Sequence record: LR535904.1
Reading direction: 5' to 3' (one strand)
Length of the DNA stretch: 64,000 bases
The position numbers were made by a program, and so were the translations under genes. Below the pieces are notes generated by a model, which saw only the letters and a list, made by a program, of their open reading frames with translations, was not told where the DNA came from and ran no database searches. The first letter of the stretch is position 1. Each line of letters opens with the position of its first letter. Positions 1 through 13,177 of this stretch are shown in pieces.

Positions 1-380
1 ATCCGGACCCAGCACCGGTTACGACCCTGAACACCCAATACGGATTGAAGCTGACCGAAGACGATATCGTTCCGGCGGCTTTCCGTAATGTAACAGCATA
101 CCTCGACGTTAAACTGCCGAAAACCACCACAGACCTGCTGAACTCCGGGTACATCGGTACTCAGGACGTGACTTATAATCGCCTGGAAGGCAGTGCGCTG
201 ACCCCTATTAGCGATGAAGGTGCCGATCGCAATACCAGCATGACCCTGACTGCGAAAAAGATTAATGAGAAAAACCCAGACGCAGAACTGGAACTTTCTA
301 AAATAACGCTCGGCACACCGGTAAAGGAAGTAAGAATGAAACCTTTAAACAAAACGTCCGATCAGCTGGTTCTGGATTTT
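1..380 (+). CDS. Virion structural/tail-associated paralog 4 (runs off window start)
   Basis: Reassembled N-terminus MKPLNKTSDQLVLDFINEKNPDAELELSKITLGTP (ATG 336, RBS aaggaag). Same N-terminal 'L(L/V)D.IN..N' pattern as its neighbours. Confidence 0.7.
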
Positions 381-1280
381 TACTGTCTGAATTTTGGCGG
401 GCGTTTGTATTTGCACTACAACGACCCTGATTAATCCTGAAAAGCGGAATTACCAACCAACCCAGCAGTCGACAACGTGCTGATTGTGGAGCTGTCGTTG
501 TACCGTAACCCAATCGACTTTAACCTTCGTGAAGCCGTCGTCGTCTATAACGGGCGTAACATAACCGCAGAACGTCTGGCACAGATTCTCAAAACGGTCA
601 CCGGTGATAACTGGACAACGTATTCGTATCCCTGGCGCTTTGATAATTTCGCGGAGGAATTTCAACGACTAGGTGCTGCGTTAACAGTGACACCTTACGA
701 GTATCCGTATTTCAACATCAAGGTCGGTCAAGGTGCAGTCGGGCAACAACAGGTACAGCTGTTACCAGGCGATGCGTTGCTTCCTGCAAACTTCGAACCC
801 ATCGACAGGAAGACATGGCGTGTGGATCTGATTGCCACGCCCACTTCTTTAGGTTGGATAGGGTTAATTAACCAGTATTACGGTCTCAGCCTTAAACCTG
901 CAGATGTGGTGAATACCGAAATTCAACCTTTACGTGTTCCTGCACGACTCGATACCGTATACCGGATGCACGACGTGGTCGCCACTACCGTGTATTACGA
1001 TCGTGTTGACTTCGCAGACATGTTTACCGACCCAGACGGAGCCAATGGTCATAACGCGATGGTGCGCATTCAGGCATTGGCCACCGCTAATGCTATCGGT
1101 GTCGAAGATGTGGTTTTCGGCGTCCCTGCGATTCCGACGTCTGACGAAGACCTGGCAAAAGCCACTGCTGAAAAGATTATTATCGCGGAGGTTAACATCG
1201 AAAACAATCTCGATTTAAAAACGCCGGTAATCTCATCCTTCACTATCTCCCGATATAAGGATTTTGACATGCCACTTTTA
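381..1280 (+). CDS. Virion structural/tail-associated paralog 3 (~281 aa)
   Basis: ATG 1269, MPLLATAEKIIIAEVNIENN... ending VLIVELSLYCLNFGGRLYLHYNDPD* (TAA 432-434). Confidence 0.75.
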
Positions 1281-2120
1281 ATAGTTACAACCCCGATTAT
1301 CAGCGTGTGGCGATTATCAAGCTAGCTGCGGACAGCAACTCTGAACAAATTGCGCTTCAAGGTGCACGATATATGGGGATAACTTCAGTCACACCGAACG
1401 AATTGCTTAACGAAGTGGTGCCATTAAAGTTTGCATATGTGACGGGGGCGACTGCGCAACTGCAAAAACAGTTCACTACCGATTGGGCTTACAACCGCGC
1501 AATCACCGCGGCGGATGTTGTCGTGGTTGCTAGTAAACCACAGGCTGAGTATGTGGCGTATGGTTACGATTGGACTGAACTCTTCCCGAACTTGGCGGAT
1601 GTGGTTACGGATGTTGACCTCAGCGCAATTATCGCGCCGTTGACTATTAAGCCCGGTTGCTTGGCCTGGCAAGGTGGTTTCCGTTTACGCTTTGCGAAGT
1701 TTGCCGACGATATCGTTGACCAGTCAGTAAAAGATTTGGGAGAAAGCTGGTTAATCGATGCGGTAAATAAACTCTCTGAGTTGTTGCCGTTTCTGAATGC
1801 GAAATACGGCTTGTCTTTAGACGACCGTATCGAAATGGAAATTCTGTTCAGGAACGTAATACCGGTAGTCGTTGCCGACCCACGTGTGCTCTTATACGGG
1901 TTGAACGGCAAGGGCTACAAAGGCAACGTTACGCTCGAATGGGAGCAGGTTGCAACTGGCTTCCCTGAGTCTGTCCAAACGCCTGGCGCTGACCGGAATA
2001 AAGAGATGTTGTTAGATGCTATTAACCGACAGAACGGATTAACGGCCAATCCACTCACATCCTCAACCTACACTTTAACAACTAGGAGGGTATAGGTGTC
2101 TATTTACGATAAGCCCTCGA
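1221..2120 (+). CDS. Virion structural/tail-associated paralog 2 (~280 aa)
   Basis: GTG 2096, MSIYDKPSKEMLLDAINRQNGL... ending VAIIKLAADSNYAGNLILHYLPI*. Confidence 0.75.
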
Positions 2121-2900
2121 GGCGTTCGCGAAAGTCGTGTCAGTGCAACTGACCGATAAATGTACGAACTTCCAGGGCAGCCTGCGTGGTGCCACTGTCG
2201 TATTCGACGGCGTACCTGCAGACTTGCCGGGAGCAAATACCGAACTCAACAAATGTGTTCCTGAGATTTGGGTAGCTGAAGATACCCCATCCCCGTATAA
2301 CTCTCGTTTCCTGAGCCTCTTAGCGGTCGGTATCGAGGTAGATGACACGGCGTTGGCAATCCAGGACATCCAGTTGGGTCAGGCGTATATCTATTCGCGT
2401 GACATCGATTGTAGCCACATTACACCTCTGGCAGAAGTAGTAACCAATACAGAGTTGAGCGGTCTTCTGTACCCGGATCACGTTGCTGTTGAAACTTCCC
2501 ACGAGTGGCGAAGTCAAGCGGTCATCGAGCTGAAACCTGCTCTGTCTATCTTACCTGAGGATATCGAAGATAACCCCATTGATGGACAGACGCACACAGT
2601 TGGAGACGAGGACGTGCAAACCACGCACGACTTACTCGCGGCGATTAACGAGCGTTTTAAAGTGATTGTGGACTACCATCGTCGTCCATTAGAGGACTAC
2701 CTTAAAGGCGATGTTGCCTTAGACGGTCGTGATTCGGAGGTAGTCCTTACCTCAAAAATGCGCGGTGATGAAGGTACGCAGATAAGCCCACCGCTTACCT
2801 TTGACGATGTTGATATCGGACTGCCGGAGGTTGTGTCAGTTAACGCGATGTCTTTTACTTCAAAACAGAATCTGCTAAAACTCATCAACGAAGAGAATAA
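2061..2900 (+). CDS. Virion structural/tail-associated paralog 1 (~265 aa)
   Basis: ATG 2848, MSFTSKQNLLKLINEENKISPPLTFDDVDIGLPEVV... ending VVSVQLTDKCTNFQGSLNLHFNN*. Confidence 0.75.
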
Positions 2901-4316
2901 TTTAATATGCTGGCAGGGGGTCTAAAAATCTTACGACCTCAATAATCCCTTAACTCGAGTTTTTTTGTTTCCTTTTCTTTTTTTGTTTGCTCTTGTTCGG
3001 ATTCTGGTACGCACTACGCTCGTCTATCCTGAATGGGAACTGCCGAAGTCGTGAAGAAAAGGGAGCTTCGGCTCCCCTTCTAAGATTTCTGATCTTGTCC
3101 AGGAACTCTACAAACACTACAAAGAACACAATGGAAACTTTTATTCGTGGAACGACTTCCCGCACTTTTGCTGGGATAGTTGGTTTCAAGAGTGCGGGGA
3201 TGAACTGCAGAAGGGCTATTGGTGGTATGTCAGTTGGGAAGCTTTCAATGACAAGGTATCTGTCAAATGGATTATCGTGGTATACGAAACGTCTAGTGGG
3301 TATAAGTTCTGGGATGCCTAGGACTACACGTTCGACGCCACTGACCATGCATTCGGTATCTGCGACGAAGGGACGAACGATGCTCTGATGCCGAAGGGTG
3401 CACGTATTCGGATAAACAACAAAAACAAACCCTATAAGACATCGACGATTGAGGATAAAGTCGTGAACGTAATCAAAAAGCTGAACGGCGATACTTTCCA
3501 TGAAGTAACCTACGGTGTTAAAGACCGCCCAAAGAATAACGGCCTCGTGTGGGTCTGTTAAGCAGAAGCCAAAGCTTTCATGAAAACAATGAAAGACGGC
3601 GATAAAATGATTGACAATGTTGTTGAAACCACCGCCAAACATAAGCCTGACATGATTGACCTGCTTCTGAAAATGTCTGCTCTACAAAAAAAGGAATATC
3701 CCATGCGCAACCTCTTCTCCAAATCTGAAATCAAACCTATTAGAAAAAGAAGTACACTAATAATAACCCGGCGGGCAAAGTCCCGCCAATCAACCTGCAA
3801 GCCCATTCAGTCTTGAATTCGAAAACCGCGCGGTTGCCTTAGCAACACATCGCCTGCGTTGTGATTATCGTCGTCAAGTTGTCTCTGACGATATCGTAAA
3901 AAAATACATGGCACAAATCAGACGTGGCATGGAAATCGAATACGATGAACTTCCTACTAGCAGCTTTGCTGAAATGATTCCCCTAGGTGAAGCCGGCGAT
4001 GTAATGTTTAACGACATGGTTGCTTCGTACTACATCAATATTATCGCTAACGCCAAAGAAGCCACGTTCCAGACCACAGAGCCTACTCGCGACGAGTTCC
4101 TCGTGATGGCGGCCAACAAACAAGACCCTAGCGAATTCACTACTGAGGTCTTCGAAGAGATTCTGAATAACGAACTTACTAAGTACGCTAGCAAAAACCC
4201 GATTATGATTTCTTTCCTAAAGAGTTAACCATTAACTCTTATCTAATCGACCATTATCTTAAGGAGTTTTAACATGTACAGTTTCTTCTTTTTTTGTCTA
4301 GTCCGATTACAATTAT

Positions 4317-4340
4317 TTTCAGATATATATTACTTAGGTG
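4317..4340 (+). promoter_or_regulatory. Phage early promoter (TATATTAC core)
   Basis: tttcagatatatattacttaggtg, near-identical at 24053, 52320 and 60856. TATATTAC is the known phiKZ early promoter core. Confidence 0.85.
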
Positions 4341-4380
4341 TGAGAGGCACTTATCCCAAAAGCGGTCAATAAAGCAGCAC

Positions 4381-4400
4381 CCTACTCCTTCGGGAGTAGG
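4381..4400 (+). terminator. Rho-independent terminator (T-tail displaced to 4281 by block reversal)
   Basis: Perfect hairpin cctactcc-ttcg-ggagtagg. The next native block begins gtttcttcttttttt. Confidence 0.85.
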
Positions 4401-7400
4401 GCAAGTTTCTGCTACAGTAGCAGCCCGGAAACTCTTACGCGATTACGTGGCCGATTGACTTAGCGTTTTCTTAGACAAACTAAAACGTTTTAATGGTATC
4501 GGCATTAACGCTAATAAAGATGGCCGCGAACAACTTTATTTTCTGCGTAAGTTCCCACGCCCTATGCCGAAAGAAAACATGAAACCCTACCGTGATATCT
4601 TCCGTACACTGAAAGCGTGCTGGGTACTCAGTTGGGTGCCTCAACTCCAGGCAATGGTTGAAGACCGTTGTCAGTTAAAAGGGGACTTCTTTCAAGAGAA
4701 CTACGTGGGTAAACACCGTAGTCGACTCATCACCTGGTCGGCAATGGCCAACGTAGCCACAAGATTACAGTTTGTCAAAATAGTACATCCGGAGTCCCGT
4801 CGTGTTACAGGTGGACGTCTACATCCGTAATGTCGCAACCCCTTAAGGAGTATTAAAATGTTAAAGCCACGCAAACAGAACACGACGTCACCCATGCTTG
4901 CTAAGCTTGATGTGTCCGATCTGAGAGAAATGTTAACTGTAGCATTTAACAAACCATTTCCACATGAGGCGTACCGAGTACAGCCTCGTTGCGCACACAT
5001 ACCTTTAAAAAGGACATTGGCCAAACGTGCGATGGAGAAACGCCGACGCGACCAGATAAAGTATCAAGAGAACCAGCTAATCGTCGATGTTATCATTCTC
5101 GGTTTAGCAGCGAAGTGGCCCGTGTTCCAGCAGGGACGCGCACGACTCTATAAAGGTAAGAAACTTATTGGTACATTTGATTCCGTAGTCACGGTTTCGA
5201 GGTAAAAGATGAGTAAAATGAACACGAAACGAACGTCAGTCTTGAGTTACTCTATGAAAAACTCTCCTGTGTAGGTAAACGTTCTGCAGCCATCGAGTAT
5301 GGATGGAACCTGGGTGCCCTAATCTATTTCATAGAGCAACGTTGGGAACCAAAAACACTCAAACTCGAAGACGAGCTACGGGATGCCCGACGAGATGCGG
5401 ATCTGCGTGACAAGATGTTATCTTTCGAAGAACGCCGTAAGCTTACACGACTACTTTCTGAGGAACAGTCTAAGAACCGGAGCCTATCAAAGACTGAGTT
5501 AGAAATTTCGAAAGAAGCGTGGAAGAGAAATCTTGATGAAGGCCTGTTTCAGGAGAAAAAACAATTGCGCCGCCAATTAGAAATACTGGAATTGGAACTC
5601 TATCGTTAGCAGAAGTTCGTAACAGAATCGATAGGGCTATTGCAAGGAGAAAACATGTTCTGCGAAATGTGCGTTATACATTGCACAAGGAGGCCGCAAT
5701 GGATTTTAAGTGGGAACTGTACGCGTTCCACGAACGCTCGGTGGGGTGATGATACTTATCGCTAATATCGAAGCACTCAAAATCGCGTTCCTGGGTGATG
5801 AATATTGTGTCCGCACGCAAGGACGTGAATACGAAGCAGTCTATCAAACCGCAGATATGTTGCTGCAGTCATTTGTGCCGCTACGCGCTGAGTATTACGA
5901 GGGATTGACCATTCACGAGATTCAGAAATATTTACTCGAGGGCGGGAAACTGACTGACGAGTACCACCTGAACTGTTATTAATCGACCATGAAGGAGAAG
6001 CCGGTGTCTATTTCATTACAAGAGAGTTCTGTCAGCGATTGTATAGCGCGATGGAGGAGTCCGCACCCATCGACTATGACTTTTATCATCCTAATACACC
6101 GCATGTCAGACACGTGTCAAGAGGGCACCTGGAAACTTCCCGATACGGGCCAAGAGAACTATGTCTATGGTTTGTCGAGTTAGCGATAACCTACGGCGAG
6201 TATCGTGATTTACCGCATTACAACAAGATGTTTGATGTTGGGGTGATAAAGTTTTATAACATAGACGTAGCTATCTCTATCGAGCTTCAACGCATCGGTG
6301 TAGGTACACTAAAACTTCGTCATCAACGAATATACCGGATTTAACTGATCGGTAGATAAGGGTAATTGATAATGTTAACCTGCTGATAACGATCCACGTA
6401 AAGTTGCACTGACGCCAGGCGTGTATATCAAGGACGGTAGTGCATCGCGCGAAATGGAGCGCTTAGTCAACGAGTGGAACGTTCAGTGTAACGGCGAGCG
6501 CGTGCTTCACGCAACGCATCTGGGTGAGGCCAGCGAGCTGGTTACAGACGTGCGCCTATAAAAAGCAGCGTTAGAACTTAACAAAATCCTGCTCGCTAAA
6601 CTCTACGGCCTGGAGAATAGTCAGCTGACGTTACTGAACGCAGACATAGATGGACAACGTCAAGGGTACGCGCTCGTTGCACTAATGGAAACACCACCGA
6701 ACACCGATTTAGCACTGGCTATCGAGCACATGAAAAATCAAAGATACCAGGAGTGCGTACGACGAGATGTTAGAAGAATTTAGTAAACGTGAGGATAAAG
6801 GTCACTACCATCTTACGTCCCCTGCGCGGCGTGCCTATGACGCGGCCGTTCAGGGATTAATTAATGCGAGTAGGCTCTGCACGCACATAAGTCGCTGTCA
6901 CGACATTATCGAACGTATTGCTATCCGTCGTGTACAGGCCGATAACTTGCAGTTAAGACACGACCTCGCGAAACTGGGCGTTGCGCTGATTAACAAGCGA
7001 CAAAAACAACTGTACGAAGAAAACCGAGAATTAGCTGCCGCGAAAACCATAACGTTATCTATCTGAAGCGTTAAGGGGGACAGGATGATGAACTGGTTAC
7101 CATGAAAATCGCCGATCGTCCGAGACATTACTGGGAATTTTCCTGGGTAGACGCGAAGTAGCTGCAGAGCATCGTAGAGGTGCTCAGACAGGTACCTATG
7201 GACGGTATACTGGAACTGGAAGCGACGCCTGCGCGTTTGGAGCGTTATCTGGAGCTAATCCACGACCGGCCTCGTAACGAACGCACACCAAACTTCCTTT
7301 ACCTGCACGACGATGATAAACGTACTCATATTCGCACTGTCAAGCAACTGTCTGATTATCAGCCTGGTCCGTATATCGGTACTTGGCACTGGTACGTTCC

Positions 7401-8305
7401 GTTCCCTCGCGACGAATGGGACATCTGGTATTTCCGTTGTTCGTCGGTATTAAATGCAATGGAAGTATTGGCTGCGGGGGATATTAGTATCGACCCATTG
7501 AAAGTGAAAGTCGCAGAACTTATTATCATGAACCTGTATACCAAACGGGAACGTAACGTTTTAGAATCGGGCGTTGCCCCGTTGGCCGAATACTGGGCTA
7601 AACAGTAAGCTATTTTAAATCCTAAGGAGCATTAAGTGAATGAACTGTACCGGTTGCGTAAAATGGGCATTCATGCTCGCATCGGTAAAGGTGACCAAAC
7701 AGACGATTGCCTTAAGAGTCCAACGGACGTAAATCTTATCAAACTAAACACCATGTCCCTGTACGACTACCCAGAAGGTAAAGTTCCGCAAGAGGCGCTG
7801 GATAAATTCGTTAATGTATTCGGTGAAGCTGTAAAACAGTTGTCGAATATCGACGGTTACACCTTTAAAGTGATAACACTAGTAATCGGTGTTGCCAGAC
7901 CAATGCGTCTCAATAGGACGCCGATGATAAATCGTGATATAATAACCTGGATGTCCCCGCGGCATCCACTGTAAGTGGTTTGGGGGTGGTCAATGAGTAG
8001 TTGCGCAATAACCCTAGTCCTGAAACCGCGGCGAAGATGAACAAGCTGTCGTTATGGATGCGTGGTGCTTTCTACGGCAGTCAAATACTGGCAACCCAGT
8101 ATGCGATGGCTTTAAGTGAAGTTAAAGAACTTAACCAAGCAAACAATTTCGATGCACGATTCGAAGCGCTGCCTGTAAGCCAGGCAACTGACCTTGAAGG
8201 CGACGGTGAACTTCGAATGCAGGAAGCCATTCTGAGCACTTATGTCATGTATTAAGGAGCACTTAAAATGTCTAAAGTCTATCACATTGCGGTATTGCGT
8301 TTTTA

Positions 8306-8329
8306 TTTCAGATAGATGTTATCTCAGTG
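8306..8329 (+). promoter_or_regulatory. Phage promoter, GATAGAT(G/A)TTAT variant
   Basis: tttcagatagatgttatctcagtg. It follows a terminator and precedes an RBS (ttaaggagcacttaaaATG) in native order. Confidence 0.7.
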
Positions 8330-8360
8330 AACCTCTGAAATTTACGTTTCAATCAGAGCT

Positions 8361-11300
8361 ATCCGCTCGAAACTAATTAAGTGTATACCAGCTATCCTTC
8401 GGGGTGGCTGGTACGCTTTAACTTGGCAATCCCCGACCACACAACAGCCTCGCTCGATATAACGTTTACTATCCCAGACGGCGCAATCGGGTTGTATCTC
8501 CTCTATAAAGAACACGGCGCGGGACATGATATTTATCGTGGGGCAAATCCCACCACGGATAACGGTCAGGCTTTTGGGTTTTATACTGGAGAAGCGATGC
8601 GTGATAACTTCACTGTCACCGACATTCCTGGGAAAGCCATTAACGGTGCCTGGTCTCCATTGGCCGGTTGTACGGTGGATGGGTTAGACCGAATTATGGA
8701 TATGGGAATGAAGGAGATGGAGAATGATTTCACAGCACATATGTGTGCGCTCTGGATAGCAGGCAGTGCTTACGCAGCAAGCTTTGACAACCACACCCCG
8801 AATGAATTCCCTACGGCACCAAATAAACCGGTATGGGTAGCACCTGAGCTAGTAGTGTACGTTGAAAATTGGGCTAAGTGGCTCGTAGGGTTCTTAGACC
8901 GCGCGTATAACGCCGCTGCGCGTTGTTGGTACGAATTAGTTGTGCGTGGTAAAGAGGTTCGGCAGGTTATCAGCCACAAAGAGGTTCCACCTGAGCTAGT
9001 AGTGTACGTTGAAAATTGGGCTAAGTGGCTCGTAGGGTATCAGCCACGCGCGTATAACGCCGCTGCGCGTTGTTGGTACGAATTAGTTGTGCGTGGTTAC
9101 GGACCGGCAGATACGTGGACAACGTTCCATTGGGGAGATGGACATCCGTGGGCAGGTCTAGGTGAGTTAGGTCCAGGTTGTGCGGCGTATATTTGGAACC
9201 GTTGGGATAACTACACTGTCTGGCTCTTAAATCAGATTCGGTTTATGCACGATTCACAAACCAACTACCAGGCGCAGCCGTATCCTGGCTATCAGTATCC
9301 GTTTATGTACACCATACACACCGATGATCGCTACAAAATACCGTTCTCGAACATTTATACGGAAGGAACGTATCAGCTAGGTGCATGGCACGGGATGGTG
9401 GGCGATTGTACGATAAAAGATTACCGTCTTGACTCGCTCGCGTATTGTCCAGGTACGGATGGTTGGACGTTAACGTTCCGTATTGTAATTCGGGGAGGTT
9501 CTGCATTTACGGGTAAAGAGAATGCGCACTTTAGCTGGTATTGCGTAAACGATGTTCCGCCACTGTTTAATGGAGACCCGGCTGCGCCAAACTATACAAC
9601 TATCGATCAGGTAACCATACTGCCCGATTCGGCTGTGCCTGAAGACGCAACACTCTCGGGCTATCAACCTGACCACGATACCGACGTCGAACCAAAATGG
9701 CGTTGGTGGTGGATGTTGCCCGCGACTAACGGGGAATGGAAACAGGTTATTATTCGCCAGTCAATTGTCTATCGTGCCGATGCTGATTTCAACTTCCGTT
9801 TCGAAGATACCGACAAGAACGACGATGCGGGTTTCATTATCGGTTTCTGGTTAACCGATGCCGGCGTTGCACCCCCGAAGTTTGAGAACAACATTTACGA
9901 TGGTCGTTCAGGCACAATCGTAGAAGCGTTATTCCCGGATTACATCATTGCCGATGCGCGAGCATGTTCGGACTACGGTGGGTGTACGTGGCAGGAGGAA
10001 CAGCATGACATCGATTTAGGGCATCTGGCCAGAATGACCAATCCGGCCAACGGCGAAGATACTGAAGAAGTAAACTGGTACGGCTGTACGCTTCCGGGAT
10101 CAACATCGATGGAAGTATGCGACAACGGTGATGCACTTGCGTGTAAAGTGATGGTGGATATTAACCCCGTCAAAGCGCAAGCCGTGCGTTTCAGGATAAA
10201 CAGTCAATCGAAGTTACGTGTGACGTATGGCGGTGTTGATGAAAATGGTGATATTGTGTTCCGTTCTGAGGAAGCTGTGCAGAACTTTATGGAACAGACA
10301 GATGGTATCTCGTACGACTATAAATACCCCAGCACTGTTGAGGTCGCTTACAGTCGTACGTATATCGATGCGAAGGACAAGTTTTTCCGTCGTTCTAAGC
10401 TAGCCGAAACGCCATTTACGGGTGAACCGCGCTATAAAGCCGCATTAGACTCTGTGTTCTATACAGCGCACGAGTACGGTAACGCGGCAGATGCGGAAGT
10501 GTGGTTTATTGATGCCTGTTATCTGCTCTGGCGTATCAATGAGCCGTGGCACAACCGTCCGGTTCATACCCCGTTAAAAGGGTCTGTTAACCAGATGTAT
10601 TTGATTAACTACGCTTCCCAGGTACCTGTAGAGCACGGCGGATATTTGTTTGACCGCGGTTTACCTGATGCCCAGAAAGGAACCGTACAATTAAAGGACA
10701 CTAGTATTAACGGTGTACCTGACTGGTTTGTTGTGTGGACGGGTGAGAAGGTTCAAGACGGCGATGTCATCGAATCCGACCCAACCGGATATACACCAAT
10801 GTGGGGCGGTTCTACCTCGAAAGGTCCGCGGTACGAAGTCAATCCAGAGAAACCTTACGATGTAAAAGCGTGGGTGGACTGGAACACGATGCTAAACAAA
10901 ATTAAGGAATCGGAAGACGGGTTAATTGACTGGTCTAAAGTCCCTGATTACTTAATCAATTTCTTTTCTGCGCATCGTGGCCATCCTACTTGGGGTGCGG
11001 TTAATGCCGACGTACAGTTTACGAACGGGCGTTGCCAGATACCCCAAGGCGCACCATTCTTTGGTGAATATCTGAACGACTATCCGGTGCATCCGACCGA
11101 GCCAACCCACGGTGGTTATAAGTGTGTACCGGTAACGGAGTCACCGCAACGTTGGATTTGTAACTGGCTAGTTAACGGTAAAGAGCCAGTGCTGGCAGCG
11201 GCGATTCGTGCATGGGAAGCGTACGCTACCTACTATTACGCAGGTCAGGCCATTCCTTTGCTGATTATTGGCTACTGTCACATGTACATTGCTACCAAAA

Positions 11301-11557
11301 ACCAGATGTGGTTAGATATTGCTGACTCCATGGCTGTGTATCAACCTAACGGTGACGCCACCACAGAAGGCCAATCGGCCCACAAAGACCATTATCTGAT
11401 TAACCCAGAAGGGGTGCTATCTAATAACCGGCATTTCATGTCGCTGGCTTACGGACATCAGGACTTTGTTCGCCGCAATACCGGTCTCACAAACGACGGA
11501 TACTAAGCCATGCGCAAATTTAAAATCTCTGCTAAACGACATGCGTTGAACTATGCG
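8361..11557 (+). CDS. Large tail fibre/receptor-binding-like protein (~1005 aa after removing the 127-nt duplicate)
   Basis: ATG 11510, MRKFKISAKRHALNYA... N-terminal region contains NNRHF, QPNGDATTEG, LLIIGYCH, AWEAY..YYAGQAIP and RWICNWLVNGKEPVLA; the rest is W/Y/G-rich. Ends PLETN* before hairpin taccagcta-tccttcgggg-tggctggta. Lies downstream of tail-type genes. Confidence 0.65.
8841..9097 (+). repeat. 127-nt direct duplication marking the former contig end/start junction
   Basis: Copy 1 = 9151-9157 (7 nt) + 9038-9097 + 8978-9037. Copy 2 = 8961-8977 (17 nt) + 8901-8960 + 8841-8890. Both total 127 nt and are identical in sequence, and they coincide with the phase shift. Confidence 0.93.
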
Positions 11558-12037
11558 GTGTTGTCGTTGTCATCTACGGATGGCGGTACAACCTGGAAAG
11601 GGGCCATTTGCGGAACATCGGTTAAATGGCCTAACGGTGCAGAACCTCCGTTATCGTACACGCTAGACGCCGAGGATTATGAGTTATTACTGACGCTACG
11701 TCAGGGTACCGGTGCAAACAAAATCACCTGGCCGGCTGGTGACCCCACCACTGCGCTTTCTATCACACCTATTACCGACCCGGTTCCTGGTACGCGAGGT
11801 GCTGACGGTGTCGTTGAAATAGATCCCAATATTGCGGACGACTTCATCATCCGTTTACTTCCTCTCAGTGAAATCGGCGGTGGTGGGGCAGATGCAAACC
11901 CTATCCAAAACTTATCCTACAACGGTGATAAGTCGAGCGCGGTAGCGCTTATCAGCGTTGATGAAAAGGAGTACAAACGGAGACGATGCATAATGGCAAC
12001 TGTAGTCAAAAAGAAACGTTTGCATGAACTCGATTCT
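11498..12037 (+). CDS. Tail fibre-associated small protein (~157 aa)
   Basis: ATG 11993, MATVVKKKRLHELDS... Contains ITWPAG, VKWPNGAEPPLS and LSSTDGGTTWKG, motifs typical of phage tail-fibre-associated domains. Confidence 0.6.
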
Positions 12038-12577
12038 TGTGGCAAGTCTGGATGAAGAAACTGTTTTATGCATCGGTGATGATGCAGTGTTAACCTATGA
12101 CGATTCACCGGCTTGGACGGCTACCTTTACATTCACGGCGTTTAATGAAAAAGAAGCTGAGGACATCTCGACAGGGGTTATTACACCAACAAACGAGCCG
12201 TTGATTGCACCGATGAGCGACACCTATGCTGATTTAGCGACAGTTGTAAACCAGTTGTGCGGTTTAAACTTGTCACGTCTAGCTGCTAATAAGATTATCG
12301 ACCCGCAAGGACCGATACTGGTTACTGTAGCTCCCGGAGCGTACATTGCAAAAGCACGTAAACCTAACGGTAAGAAGATTACCGTCTATTACGACCGGAT
12401 TGTGATAAGCGGGGTAGGGCCTATCGACTTAGGTGTTGAAAGTGCCCGTACCACGCAGAAAGCGCTTGTCGTGGCGTTGATTAATCACGATAACGGCTTG
12501 TCATTATCGCCTGACGATTTTTTGTTTCTGGAGGCGTTAATGGCAGACCGCTATCAGCCCGACCTAACACTCTCGTC
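11978..12577 (+). CDS. Virion structural protein, same N-terminal family as the 1-2900 paralogs (~177 aa)
   Basis: ATG 12540 (RBS ggagg), MADRYQPDLTLSS then ...KALVVALINHDNGLSLSPDD; VYYDR motif. Confidence 0.65.
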
Positions 12578-13177
12578 CTACACTGCACTAACACCGTACG
12601 AGTAGGCTACCACACGATCATATGTGTGGTAGCTTATAGCTGTTGCAATCCATCGCGGATGAAATCGGACGTCGCGGGTTAACTGTAGTGCACAGCGTCA
12701 CCGAGATGGAGATGGTTGACCGCGGCTTACCTGAATTTGTAAAGGTGGGTTACGATAATGACGTGACAGAAGCTAAACGTTATTTAGAAGGCTGTTGTCA
12801 AGTTTTCCGTGAAGAAATGAAGTATGCGTTTATTGCAGAAGGTTACGCGATCGCCCTGAGTTATGCGCGGTATGTCGTACGTCAGACCGCTTCACGTCTA
12901 GACGTAGCGGTTGAAGAACTCGACCCAGGGGTTTTCACCGTTCCTAATCAGGATATGGTTACGACTACACTGTTTTCTGAATCATTACGTAACTCTGTTC
13001 CTTTGCACCGCACCCTAACTTTTTAAGGAGTCCTCGTGAAATTGATTATGCCTAAAACACTCTCGAGTTTACAGGGAATAAAGAAATGGCAGCTGGATTA
13101 TTAGAATAACCGTGAATCATCACCCACGAACGTTTAGCAGTTTCAGATTACACCGTGAAGCAGGACGGGAACACTTT

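Larger units (their letters stand above)
1..8960. other. Block-order-reversed segment, phase 21 (60-nt blocks start at 21 mod 60)
   Basis: Reading blocks right to left joins 4821->4761->...->4401 into one ORF ending in TGA. It puts hairpin cctactcc-ttcg-ggagtagg (ends 4400) directly before the T-run at 4281, and links the promoter ending 4340 to the RBS/ATG block at 4221. Confidence 0.97.

Noticed and set aside
2950-3642. Minus-strand ORFs and orphan poly-T tracts or tail-less hairpins throughout the window
   Set aside because: The poly-T blocks are terminator tails separated from their hairpins by the block reversal (e.g. hairpin ending 3080 joins the T-run at 2961). The ORFs are shadows of small + strand genes.
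8841-9097. 49-aa tandem repeat or DGR-like template/variable repeat in a tail fibre
   Set aside because: The 'variable' flanks are just different block cuts of one identical 127-nt sequence. There is no adenine-specific variation, and no reverse transcriptase was seen.
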